From Dehalococcoidia bacterium (GTDB taxonomy: Bacteria > Chloroflexota > Dehalococcoidia > Plut-88900), in the NCBI GenBank assembly GCA_965197645.1, contig OZ240219.1, positions 2,368,001-2,432,000 of the forward strand: 64,000 bases of DNA, written 5' to 3'. Each line of letters begins with the position of its first letter. Positions within the stretch are counted from its first letter, which is position 1. The position numbers were made by a program, and so were the translations under genes. Below are positions 48,701 to 56,817 of the stretch, one piece after another. Below the pieces are notes generated by a model that saw only the letters and a program-made list of their open reading frames with translations, had not been told where the DNA came from and did no database searches.

Positions 48701-49044
48701 GACTGCCGAAGAAGAAATCGTTGCGTACGCGCCAGCCGCTCCTGGGACTCCCGCATCCAGCCGATCTCCCCGGTGATCGCCCGCTCTAATACCTCGTTCA
48801 GCTCGACATAGTCCACAGGGCCGGTGGGACGGTCCGGAATCATTATCTGGGTGTTGAGCCCGACAGGAGACGCCGACGCTATCTTGTGTCTCAGCCCGGC
48901 CTCGGCCTGCAGCTCCGTGTAGATGTACGCCGCCGATACCAGGGTCACCGAGACCAGAACGGCAAAAGTGGCCAGAAGAAGCATAGCCCAGGTTGTCCTG
49001 AGCCTTTGCCGAAAGTTATAGAACAGGAGCTTCAGCCAGTCCAT
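45742..49044 (-). CDS. giant FtsX/MacB-like ABC permease, paralog
   Basis: EAALLRSRGA and DISVARALG motifs; same architecture; 1100 aa. Confidence 0.88.
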   Translation of the reverse strand: MDWLKLLFYNFRQRLRTTWAMLLLATFAVLVSVTLVSAAYIYTELQAEAGLRHKIASASPVGLNTQIMIPDRPTGPVDYVELNEVLERAITGEIGWMRESQERLARTQRFLLRQSPGEPLGLETPLGLFTFKTRFAEHTTIVEGRAAQVLPAEDPLLELEAVVGADAARIMGWTAGETIDIIPFFDVQDEAITVHIVGIIEPADRRDLYWLGDVSDFTADLDNNRRIVPLHIPEEAYFQQFGTRYPFFSASYWWQVFIDPDLLTPGDIEGPKAQLERLEADINKNFGRSLVITALDDLLTEYDRDISLVRVPLFLFISMVVALVLYLLLISVNLLAQIRKEEAALLRSRGATTGQTTMLLTFGEMTVVVLLAIGLGPLLGFAITQLWLKGVIDPPGVDPSTISASLSLQVYGLGAIIGLVGLLLFLLATFGLTRLSPSDSLKERARPPMMPLVHRYHLDWVVLALGGLVWWQARERGGFVSSGLLGGLEVDASLLISPALMLLGASLVFLRLFPWVLKAAAWAVEQFNVAWASFAVKRMARNPMLHGSLALIVLGATALGIFGATFESTLTRSQLDQAQYEQGAPAIIVSRQEPNKAVQPLLERLPAELEATPVRRDRIQVVGASTEPAVTILAVEPASLPAVSWFRSDFADRDLASLLAALDKPQPEITGMPIPDNAESIGVWTFAQRGLAPERMKVWARIQDAAGRYSNVALGELDAQNDWQLLSGELPNHYRDSVIPPGSQRRTDFELISLFFSGSILLPSHSAVSLDDVTVWGNGLPAEGQIIEGFETEQSWMALPIGSQETDAIEMTAEAARNGKLGVHFSFGRTQGFGNRGIYLPSGPIPVPVIAGPGFVAGQQFELRNDRSLVPVEVVEEVQYFPTLDPSYGHFLLINIDHYEAFLKHLSPTQRIHPNEIWLAPGPGQEQYMADLRTSLPPSLLLTEGHGKVESVLKDPLSAGAWRGVTILGLIALIGSALLGLIMVSSVSIRQSRTDISVARALGFSARQLLASLVLEKLVMVALAMVAGTLVGYWLGGWSLDYLEVTPTGRPIVPPVLRNSDAVLLAVSYAGLGLVTLATIGFGAYLIRRLKTAQTLREAE

Positions 49045-49332
49045 CGGCTGAATCGTCGGTCCTTTACATCTTCAGTATCGACTATAGAAACGGCGGCTTC
49101 GCCGCTTCGCCGTGCTATTGTAGATAACGCCTGTAGCCCCCTGGGGGTCGAGTTGTATATGTATCGCCTCGACGGACACTGGGAATTGAGGTAACGCTGC
49201 AGGTATCAACTTTGGGTGCGACTGAAACGATGCGGTTGAAGGTCGTACCCAGCGGGTTACAGGGTTCTTGGAGGCGCCTTTCGACTACATGGCTGCGGGG
49301 GCGGCCCTGCGCCTACCTCTGGCGCTGCCTGT

Positions 49333-49361
49333 ACCGTAGCAAAGGCCGATGGGTCTGTCAA
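49333..49361 (-). promoter_or_regulatory. candidate promoter of the ABC operon
   Basis: TTGACA-17 bp-TACGGT with TG extension. Confidence 0.45.
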
Positions 49362-49410
49362 GAATTTCACAAACTCCACCGGAACGGATCGATCTGCGGA
49401 TGTAATTCGA

Positions 49411-49514
49411 GGAGTCCAGAGGGCTTTCCTCTGGCAGGAGGCCTGGGGGATGTTCCCCTGGAACATTAAACATCCCAGGGCGGGAGGGAGGGAAAACCAA
49501 CCTGGGGTGGGGGA
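49411..49514 (+). repeat. intergenic repeat family C, copy 1
   Basis: GGAGTCCA.AGGGCTT..CTCTGGCAGG.GG..TGGGGGA.GT.CCCC shared with 51232 and 57995. Confidence 0.8.
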
Positions 49515-49647
49515 ATTCTGACCTCTAGCGGTACCGCGCGGTCTCGAGTACACCATCTTGCCAGCCGGAGCGGGCTGCGGTAAGCTCATCCATATCTACA
49601 CGCGTCTCCAGTCCAACCTATAAATCTCGGTTTCAGGAGGTCATGAA

Positions 49648-51207
49648 ATGGCTGACGCTCAGTACGACGCGATAATCATCGGCGGGGGCCACAACGGCCT
49701 CGTCACCGCCGGCTACCTGGCCAAGGAGGGCCTCTCCGTGCTGGTGCTGGAGCGGCAGGACGTAATCGGCGGCGCCTGCATCACAGAGGAGCTTTACCCG
49801 GGGTTCCGGGTGCCCTACTGCGCGTACATCTGCTACCTCCTTCAGGGCCGGGTAATCGACGATCTGAAGCTCCGTGACTACGGCCTTGAGATCATTCCCC
49901 TGGAGTACGGCACCTTCCATCCCTATCCCGATGGCAGGCACATCCAGCCGGACGGTCGTAACGAACACCAGTCCACCGCCCAGCAGATCGCCCAATTCTC
50001 CGAGCACGATGCGCGGGCGTACCCCGAGTGGGCCTCCTTCTTCGACAAGGCCTCGGAGTTGATGTACCGCTACTGGCTCAAAGAGCCTCCGACCCTCGCC
50101 CAGATATTCGAAGACGTTCGAGGCACGAGAAATGAGCAGGTCTGGGAGACGATGCTTACCGTGAGTGTGCGAGACCTGCTGGACCAACACTTCGAGTCTG
50201 AGCACGTCAAAGCCAACTTCGTCCAGGCGATGGACACGGGAGACCCCAGCGCACCCGGCAGCATCCTCAGTGCCGCCTACTACGACTGCGCCCGGTTCAG
50301 CAAGCGGGAGAACGTCGGAATCCCACGCGGCAGCATGGGCGCCATCACCCAGGCCATGGCCAGGTCCGCAGAGGCCCGGGGCGTGGAGCTTCGAGTAGGG
50401 GCGCTCGTCGAAAAGGTGCTGGTGGACGGTGGCATCGCCAAGGGAGTTCGAATGGCCAACGGAGAAGAGATTTACAGCCGTATCGTGGTCTCTGACGCCG
50501 ATCCGAAACGCACCTACCTATCCCTGGTCGAGGAGGAGGATCTGAGCCAGGACTTCATCGGTAAGGTAAAGAGCCTTACTACCAGAGCCAACTGCGTCAA
50601 GTTCCTAGCCGCTCTCAGCGAGCTTCCCGACTTCAGCCGGTACCTGGGTGCAGACTTCGATTCCAGGCGCATCGTCGCCACCCACATCTGCCCCTCTGTC
50701 GACTACTACCAGCAGAGCTGGGACGCCTGCAAAGCGGGCATCCCCTCCAGCTATCCCATTATGGATGTGCAGATACCTTCCATCGTAGACCCGGCGCTGT
50801 CGCCTCCCGGCCATCATTCCCTCTCCGCCTGGTGTCTCTACTATCCGGCCGATCCCAAGACAGGCTCCTGGGACGACCTCGGCAAACAGGTCGGCGAGCA
50901 GATCATCGACGTGCTGACCGAGTACGCTCCCAACTTCCGCAAGGCGATTGTCGATTGGACGGTCCAGACCCCCAAGGACATCGAGATTCGAGAGGGTATG
51001 ACCGACGGTAATATCCGTCACATCGATATCACTGCGGAGCAGATGTTTGCCGGCCGGATGCCCTACCGCGCGCCCATCGAGAATATGTACATGTGCGGGG
51101 CGGGCACCCATCCCGGCGGCGAGGTTACCGCGGCGCCCGGGCACAACGCAGCCAAGGCCATCATCAAGGACCTGAGGCGCGCAGCCGAGCTTCAGCCCGT
51201 GGGATAA
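49648..51207 (+). CDS. phytoene dehydrogenase-like FAD oxidoreductase (PYROXD2-like)
   Basis: GGGHNGLV, GGACITEE, YRAPIENMYMCGAGTHPGG and APGHNAA motifs. Confidence 0.92.
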   Translation: MADAQYDAIIIGGGHNGLVTAGYLAKEGLSVLVLERQDVIGGACITEELYPGFRVPYCAYICYLLQGRVIDDLKLRDYGLEIIPLEYGTFHPYPDGRHIQPDGRNEHQSTAQQIAQFSEHDARAYPEWASFFDKASELMYRYWLKEPPTLAQIFEDVRGTRNEQVWETMLTVSVRDLLDQHFESEHVKANFVQAMDTGDPSAPGSILSAAYYDCARFSKRENVGIPRGSMGAITQAMARSAEARGVELRVGALVEKVLVDGGIAKGVRMANGEEIYSRIVVSDADPKRTYLSLVEEEDLSQDFIGKVKSLTTRANCVKFLAALSELPDFSRYLGADFDSRRIVATHICPSVDYYQQSWDACKAGIPSSYPIMDVQIPSIVDPALSPPGHHSLSAWCLYYPADPKTGSWDDLGKQVGEQIIDVLTEYAPNFRKAIVDWTVQTPKDIEIREGMTDGNIRHIDITAEQMFAGRMPYRAPIENMYMCGAGTHPGGEVTAAPGHNAAKAIIKDLRRAAELQPVG

Positions 51208-51231
51208 CCGCCTCGTACGCACGCGATCCGG

Positions 51232-51326
51232 GGAGTCCAGGGGGCTTCCCTCTTGCAGGGGGTTGGGGGACGTGCCCCCAGATACAAGACGTCTCAGGGT
51301 GGGTGGGAGGGAAGAACCACCTGGGG
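51232..51326 (+). repeat. intergenic repeat family C, copy 2
   Basis: colinear with 49411; both end in AACCA.CTGGGG. Confidence 0.8.
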
Positions 51327-51351
51327 CGGAGCGTCCCATGCAGACCTGGCG

Positions 51352-51391
51352 AGATTGCCACGCCCCGACTTTGTCGGGCCTCGCAATGACG
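51352..51391 (-). repeat. REP-like family B
   Basis: reverse complement of the 60244 element; degenerate opposite-strand partner at 51419..51474. Confidence 0.85.
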
Positions 51392-51590
51392 AAGGTTTAG
51401 ACTCAACCCAACCGTGGTCGTCGTTGCGAGCGAGGGGGAGTTCGTCTTAGAGGGGTGAGGGAGCGAAGCAATCTAGTCCGCTTCGACCATCTCCCTGGCT
51501 CTCTTCCCGGGGTGGGGAATTGACGAATGCGATCCAGGGCGTGCGGAATCCCCCGAACCTGACCCAGATTCCCGCGAAATGGGCCGCGCC

Positions 51591-51631
51591 CTTGTCTTCC
51601 CTCGTGTTATGGGTGCAGGGCATCGCCCTGC
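51591..51631 (+). repeat. small hairpin repeat D (TTATGGGTGCAGGGC.TCGCCCTGC)
   Basis: second copy nested at about 58020..58054. Confidence 0.7.
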
Positions 51632-52603
51632 CTACGGCACCAGGGTCAGCAGAAACTCGTAGACGATGTTGGCCGCCAGTATCGACGTGATGTCCGCAGT
51701 ATCGTAGGGCGGCGCAACCTCCACTACATCGAAGCCCACAGCCCCGATCCCCCTGAGGCTTCTCACCAACGCCAGCGCCTCCCGGCTGGTGAAACCCGCC
51801 ACCTCCGGCGTTCCAGTGCCCGGTGCAAACGCCGGGTCCACAGAGTCGATGTCGAAGGAGATGTGTACCGGGTGGCCCTTGGTAACTTCCTTGATAATGG
51901 CCGCCGTCTCATCGGGTCCCTGCTTCCAGAACTCGTCGCCCGTTATAGAGGTGATGCCTGCGGCCCGTACCGTGTCCACCAGTGCCAGCGATCCGCCGCC
52001 CCTGATGCCCACCTGCACCGAGCTGTGCGGGTCCATAACCCCCTCCTCGGCGGCCATGTAGAACATGGTGCCGTGGTGGTAGGGGTGCTCCGGGTCCTCC
52101 GGCTTCCAGAAATCGGGGTGAGCGTCGAAGTGGACCAGGGAAATCTTGCCGTATTTCTTATAGAGCGCCCTGAGAATCGGTAGTGAGATGGCGTGGTCGC
52201 CGCCCAAGCAGACGGGAAAAGCATCTCCGTCGATGACCTTAGTTACCGCAGCCTCCATCTTCTCGGCTGCGAACTCAATGTACCCGATGGGCATCTCCAC
52301 GTCACCGTAGTCGACTATACGCAGGCTCTTGAACGGCTCGACCAGGTGCTCCCTCTTCAGATCGTGGGTAGGGACATGGGCCGTGGCGTTGCGTATCCCC
52401 TTGGGCCCATAGCGCGTTCCGGCGCGCATGGTAGTGCCCAGGTCCATCGGCATCCCGATGATCGCCACGTCGGCTTTGGTCATGTCCCGGCTGCCGGGCA
52501 CCCGCATGAAGGTGTAGGGTCCCGAGAAAAAGTTGCCTCCCTGCCACTCCTCGGGCATCAGCCGGCGCTTTGGGGGCTTACGTTTCGGTGTTTCGGAAGC
52601 CAT
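51632..52603 (-). CDS. speB: ureohydrolase (agmatinase-like), paralog 2
   Basis: GTRYGP, GGDH, DAHPD, HGTMF, SFDIDSVDP and GTGTPE motifs; substrate unverified. Confidence 0.88.
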   Translation of the reverse strand: MASETPKRKPPKRRLMPEEWQGGNFFSGPYTFMRVPGSRDMTKADVAIIGMPMDLGTTMRAGTRYGPKGIRNATAHVPTHDLKREHLVEPFKSLRIVDYGDVEMPIGYIEFAAEKMEAAVTKVIDGDAFPVCLGGDHAISLPILRALYKKYGKISLVHFDAHPDFWKPEDPEHPYHHGTMFYMAAEEGVMDPHSSVQVGIRGGGSLALVDTVRAAGITSITGDEFWKQGPDETAAIIKEVTKGHPVHISFDIDSVDPAFAPGTGTPEVAGFTSREALALVRSLRGIGAVGFDVVEVAPPYDTADITSILAANIVYEFLLTLVP

Positions 52604-52622
52604 CCGTTTCTCCGATCTTTCT

Positions 52623-53600
52623 CTAGGTTAGCCGGGTCAGCAGAAATTCGTAGATGATGTTAGCCGCCAGGATCGAGGTGATGTCGCCCTTGTTGTCATA
52701 AGGTGGCGCCACCTCGACTATATCGAAGCCCACGGCCCCGATCCCTACGAGGCTTCTCACCAATGCTAGCGCCTCCCGGCTGGTGATCCCGGCCGTCTCG
52801 GGTGTTCCGGTCCCCGGAGCGTAGGCTGGGTCCACGGAATCGATGTCGAAGGAGATGTGTACGGGGTGCCCCTCCGTCACTTCCCTGATCTTGGCCGCCG
52901 TCTCGTCGGGGCCCATCTTCCAGAACTCATCTCCCGTTATCGACGTGATACCCGCTTTCCGCACTTCGCCAAGGAGGTCTAGCGAGCCGCCGCCCCTGAT
53001 GCCCACCTGCACCGAGCTGTGCGTGTCCATTATCCCTTCCTGGGCAGCTATGTAGAACATGGTGCCGTGCTCGTAGGGGTGGTCCGGGTCTTCGGGCTTC
53101 CAGAAGTCGGGATGGGCGTCGAAGTGGACCAGGGAAATCTTGCCGTGTTTCTTGTAGAGGGCTCTCAGAATCGGCAGCGAGATGGTGTGGTCGCCGCCCA
53201 GGCAGACGGGAAAAGCATCTCCATCGATTACCTTAGTTACCGCAGCCTCCAGCCGCTCGATGGCCAGCTCGATGTACCCGTAGGGCATGGTTACGTCGCC
53301 GTAGTCGATGATTCTCAGGCTCTTGAACGGCTCTACGAGGTCGGTTCTCTTCAAACCGTGCTTGGGAATGTGGGTGGAAGCGCTTCGAATCCCCTTGGGT
53401 CCGTAGCGGGTCCCGGAGCGCATAGTCGTGCCGAGGTCCAGCGGCATCCCGATGATGGCCACGTCCGCCTTGGTCATGTCCCGGCTGCCCGGTACCCTGG
53501 CGAAGGTGGACATGTTGGAGTAGGAATTGCCGTCCTGCCACTCCTGGGGCATCAGCCGCCGTCTAGGAGCGCGGCGTATTGGCCCGTCAGCCGAAGTCAT
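52623..53600 (-). CDS. speB: ureohydrolase (agmatinase-like), paralog 1
   Basis: same motifs; highly similar to 51632..52603; substrate unverified. Confidence 0.88.
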   Translation of the reverse strand: MTSADGPIRRAPRRRLMPQEWQDGNSYSNMSTFARVPGSRDMTKADVAIIGMPLDLGTTMRSGTRYGPKGIRSASTHIPKHGLKRTDLVEPFKSLRIIDYGDVTMPYGYIELAIERLEAAVTKVIDGDAFPVCLGGDHTISLPILRALYKKHGKISLVHFDAHPDFWKPEDPDHPYEHGTMFYIAAQEGIMDTHSSVQVGIRGGGSLDLLGEVRKAGITSITGDEFWKMGPDETAAKIREVTEGHPVHISFDIDSVDPAYAPGTGTPETAGITSREALALVRSLVGIGAVGFDIVEVAPPYDNKGDITSILAANIIYEFLLTRLT

Positions 53601-53609
53601 GAAGTCCCC

Positions 53610-54743
53610 CTATTCCAGCGCGAGAGTTTCCATGACCCACCGATTGAACCGGTGCAGCGAGCCTTCCTGCGGCGCGTAGATGCCTCGCTGGTAGGCCTTG
53701 GACTGTACGCCTGTCTGCTCCATCTCGCAGACCTCCCAGTCCTCCACGTTCACCGTGTCCCAGAACTGGACGATATCGTCCGGATTGAAGTCACTTCGCT
53801 CCATCGTGGACGGCTCGAACAGCCACTCGCAAACCACCTTTGTCTTGCCCGGCCCTTCCGGCCAGATGGCGTGGGTCATCACGCAGTCGGGATGTAGGTT
53901 CACCAGCAGGTTGGGCAGCAGGGTCCCGCCCCCGTAGGTGTTCTTCTCCGACTCGTTCAAGCCAGGAAACAAGGGCCGGTTGGATTTGCCGTTGGGAGTG
54001 AAGGTATAGCCGTTGTCTACTATGTAGTTGCCGTGGGCGTCGTCCGGCTCGGTCAGGATGCCCTTGCGATAGACGGGCACGATGTCGCACAGGGCGGGAT
54101 GTACCCCCGGGCAGTGGAGGCACTCCGAATAGTTCTCTACGATGATCTTCCAGTTGGCCTTTACATCGTAGGTGATGATCTTGCCCACCTGCAGATCGGC
54201 TATCGGATAGTTCCTCATCCGGTCTTCGTAGTAGCCAAGCTGGTCCCGTATTGGCTTGGGATTGTCCGATAAGTTGACGAACAGGAACCCGTTCATTGTC
54301 TCGATGGGAGCCGAGAACAGCGGGTAGTCCTTCATATCGAAGTCGTCGGTCTCCACCATGTTGGGAGTGGCCAGCAGCTTCCCATCCAGACCGTAGGTCC
54401 AGCCGTGGTACTTACAGGCGAAGGCCCCCCCGTTGAAGCGGCCCTGTGCCTCCTGGCAAAGCTTGGTGCCCCGGTGCCGGCAGACGTTGTAGAAGGCGTG
54501 CACCTCGCCCCTTTTGTCCCGGGTGATGATGGCGCTCTCATCCACTATCTGGCGCACCATGTAGTCGCCCGCGTTGGGGATTTCGTTGGCACGCCCCACG
54601 TAGAACCACATGTCGTGGAAGATAAGTTCCTTCTCCCGCTGGTATATCGCTTCTTCGTAGTAGTAGCGACTGGGGATAGTGGGCTCGCAACGGTCCAGGA
54701 ACTCCCACGATTCGTGCGATTGGTGCTTCTCTTCGATTACCAT
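53610..54743 (-). CDS. Rieske non-heme iron oxygenase alpha subunit (GbcA/CntA/choline monooxygenase-like)
   Basis: CRHRG..CKYHGW Rieske site; NWKIIVENYSECLHCPGVH and ED mononuclear iron ligands. Confidence 0.92.
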   Translation of the reverse strand: MVIEEKHQSHESWEFLDRCEPTIPSRYYYEEAIYQREKELIFHDMWFYVGRANEIPNAGDYMVRQIVDESAIITRDKRGEVHAFYNVCRHRGTKLCQEAQGRFNGGAFACKYHGWTYGLDGKLLATPNMVETDDFDMKDYPLFSAPIETMNGFLFVNLSDNPKPIRDQLGYYEDRMRNYPIADLQVGKIITYDVKANWKIIVENYSECLHCPGVHPALCDIVPVYRKGILTEPDDAHGNYIVDNGYTFTPNGKSNRPLFPGLNESEKNTYGGGTLLPNLLVNLHPDCVMTHAIWPEGPGKTKVVCEWLFEPSTMERSDFNPDDIVQFWDTVNVEDWEVCEMEQTGVQSKAYQRGIYAPQEGSLHRFNRWVMETLALE

Positions 54744-54758
54744 ACCGGGTCTCCTTCG

Positions 54759-56318
54759 TTAGCTGACCTGTTGGTGGGCCACGACCTTGGCCAGGTCCTT
54801 GAGTATGGCCTTGGCGGCGTTGTGCCCGGGGGCCCCGGTAATATCCCCGCCCGGATGAGTGCTGGACCCGCACATGTACATCCGGTCTATGGGCGCTCGA
54901 TAGGGCATACGCCGTGCAAATATCTGGTGGGAGTTTATATCTATGTGACGGATGTTGCCGTCGGTCATCCCCTCTCGAATCTCTATGTCCTTCGGGGTCT
55001 GGGCCGTCCAGTCAACCAGCAGTTCCCGGAAGTTGGGCGCGTACTGGGACATGATATCGATTATCAGCTCGCCCACCTTCTGGGCCTCATCGTCCCAGGA
55101 CCCATCCGATAGCCGGGCTGGATAGTATCGGCACCAGGCCGAGAAGACGTGGTGTCCCGGCGGGGCCAGGGACGGGTCGTAGATCGAGGGTATCTGCACG
55201 TCCATCACGGGGAACGGCGAGGATTTACCCGCCTTGGCGTGGTCCCAGCTGTCCTGGCAGTAGTCGGCCGATGGGCAGATGGTGATCTGGGCTATCCGCC
55301 GCGGATCGTAGTCGTTGCCCAGGTAGCTGCTGAAGTCGGGCAGGCCGTTCAGCGCCGCCAGGAACTTGACGCAGTTCCCGCGAGTGGATAGGTTCTCCAC
55401 CTTGTGGATGAACTCTTCGTCCAGGTGCTCCGGGTCCACCAGGGACAGGTAGGTGGTCTTGGGATCGGCGTTGGATACAACGATGAAGCTTCGAACCTCC
55501 TCGCCGTCGGCCATCTTCACGCCCTTGGCCACACCCTTCTCGACAATCACCCTGTCCACCCTCGAGCCGGTCCTGATCTCCACGCCCCTGGCCTGGGCGG
55601 ACTTGGCCATGGACTGGGTGATCTGGCCGATGCCGCCCTTCGGTATGCCGATGTCCTCGGGCCGGCTGAACTCGGACGCGTGCTCGTAAGCGGTGCTGAT
55701 GATGCTGCCCGGTCCGCTGGGGTCGCCTTCGCCTACCGGATCGATAAAGTGGGCCTTCACGTACTCCGACTCGAAATACCGGTCTATCAGGTCCCGCTGA
55801 CTGAGGGTGAGCATCGTATCCCACACCTCTTCGTCCCGGGTGCCCCGCACGTCCTCGTATACCTGGGCCAGCGTCGGCGGTTCCTGGAGCCAGTAGCGAT
55901 GCAGGATGCCCGCCGCCTGCTCCCAGAACTCTTTCCACTCCGGGAATGCCCGGGCGTCGTGCTCCGAAAACTTGGCGATGTCCGTAACCGCAGACTCCAG
56001 GTCGCCCCGGCCCCCCAGTTGAAGGTAACTGCCATCGGGGAACGGGTGCAGGTGGCCTTCGGTGGTCTGGATCACATCAAAGCCGTACTCCCGCAGCTCC
56101 AGGTCGTCGATAATCCTCCCCTGCAACAGGTAGACGATGTAGGCGCAGTATGGGACGAAGAACCCGGGGGTCAGCTCCTCGGTTACCACCGCGCCGCCCA
56201 CCACATCCTGTCGTTCCAGCACGAGAACGGAGAGCCCCTCGCCGGCCAGGTAACCGGCGGTCACGAGCCCATTATGCCCGGAACCGATGATTATGGCGTC
56301 GTACTGGGTCTGCTCCAT
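54759..56318 (-). CDS. phytoene dehydrogenase-like FAD oxidoreductase, paralog
   Basis: 519 aa, colinear with 49648..51207. Confidence 0.92.
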   Translation of the reverse strand: MEQTQYDAIIIGSGHNGLVTAGYLAGEGLSVLVLERQDVVGGAVVTEELTPGFFVPYCAYIVYLLQGRIIDDLELREYGFDVIQTTEGHLHPFPDGSYLQLGGRGDLESAVTDIAKFSEHDARAFPEWKEFWEQAAGILHRYWLQEPPTLAQVYEDVRGTRDEEVWDTMLTLSQRDLIDRYFESEYVKAHFIDPVGEGDPSGPGSIISTAYEHASEFSRPEDIGIPKGGIGQITQSMAKSAQARGVEIRTGSRVDRVIVEKGVAKGVKMADGEEVRSFIVVSNADPKTTYLSLVDPEHLDEEFIHKVENLSTRGNCVKFLAALNGLPDFSSYLGNDYDPRRIAQITICPSADYCQDSWDHAKAGKSSPFPVMDVQIPSIYDPSLAPPGHHVFSAWCRYYPARLSDGSWDDEAQKVGELIIDIMSQYAPNFRELLVDWTAQTPKDIEIREGMTDGNIRHIDINSHQIFARRMPYRAPIDRMYMCGSSTHPGGDITGAPGHNAAKAILKDLAKVVAHQQVS

Positions 56319-56506
56319 TGGCCTGTCTCCCGGCGTGGACTGGTGAGCGTGAGATCGGAGATGACGGAGGCTATCTTACCACACGGCCCAGCCTTTGAAC
56401 GAGATCAGACCCGAACAAGGCTTGCCTTGTTGGCACACCCGGAAACGCTAGAACCCTCCAGAAGGGCGCTTGGGGATGGACGTTCCATTTGCTAAAGCCC
56501 TCCATA

Positions 56507-56698
56507 CAGCAAGCCGATGAAACACGGGGTGTGCAGAGGGGCGAAGCAAGTTCTTCTGAGACTGCCTGCTGGGGGCCGGGAGTCTGAGAGCCTGCCCTGA
56601 GTCAGCCGAAGGGGTGTCCCTCAGAAACCATATCTTTTTCCCCCCTTCCTGGCCAGGAAGGGGGCCAGGGGGATGGTTGAAAAGATTCTTCAACCCTC
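56507..56698 (+). repeat. intergenic repeat family A, copy 3, with a nested insert of about 23-25 bp
   Basis: insert AGCCTGCCCTGAGTCAGCCGAAG at about 56589..56611 is absent from copies 1 and 2. Confidence 0.87.
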
Positions 56699-56817
56699 GA
56701 CAAGGCATTGGGGCGAAAATAGCAAACATGGTTCTCAACCAACCTCCGTCCCCAATTGTTGCCGGCGTTGGAAGACTGTAGAATGCATGCACACGGAGGA
56801 CACTAGGCCCGCTCAGG

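Noticed and set aside
49648-56318. carotenoid biosynthesis by the phytoene-dehydrogenase-like genes
   Set aside because: no crtB, crtE or cyclase genes are nearby; the context is amine catabolism
56319-56506. guanidine riboswitch ahead of the ureohydrolase operon
   Set aside because: no paired ACGR-loop hairpins or ykkC-like core that I can identify, and a probable -10 (TAAGAT) leaves only a short leader
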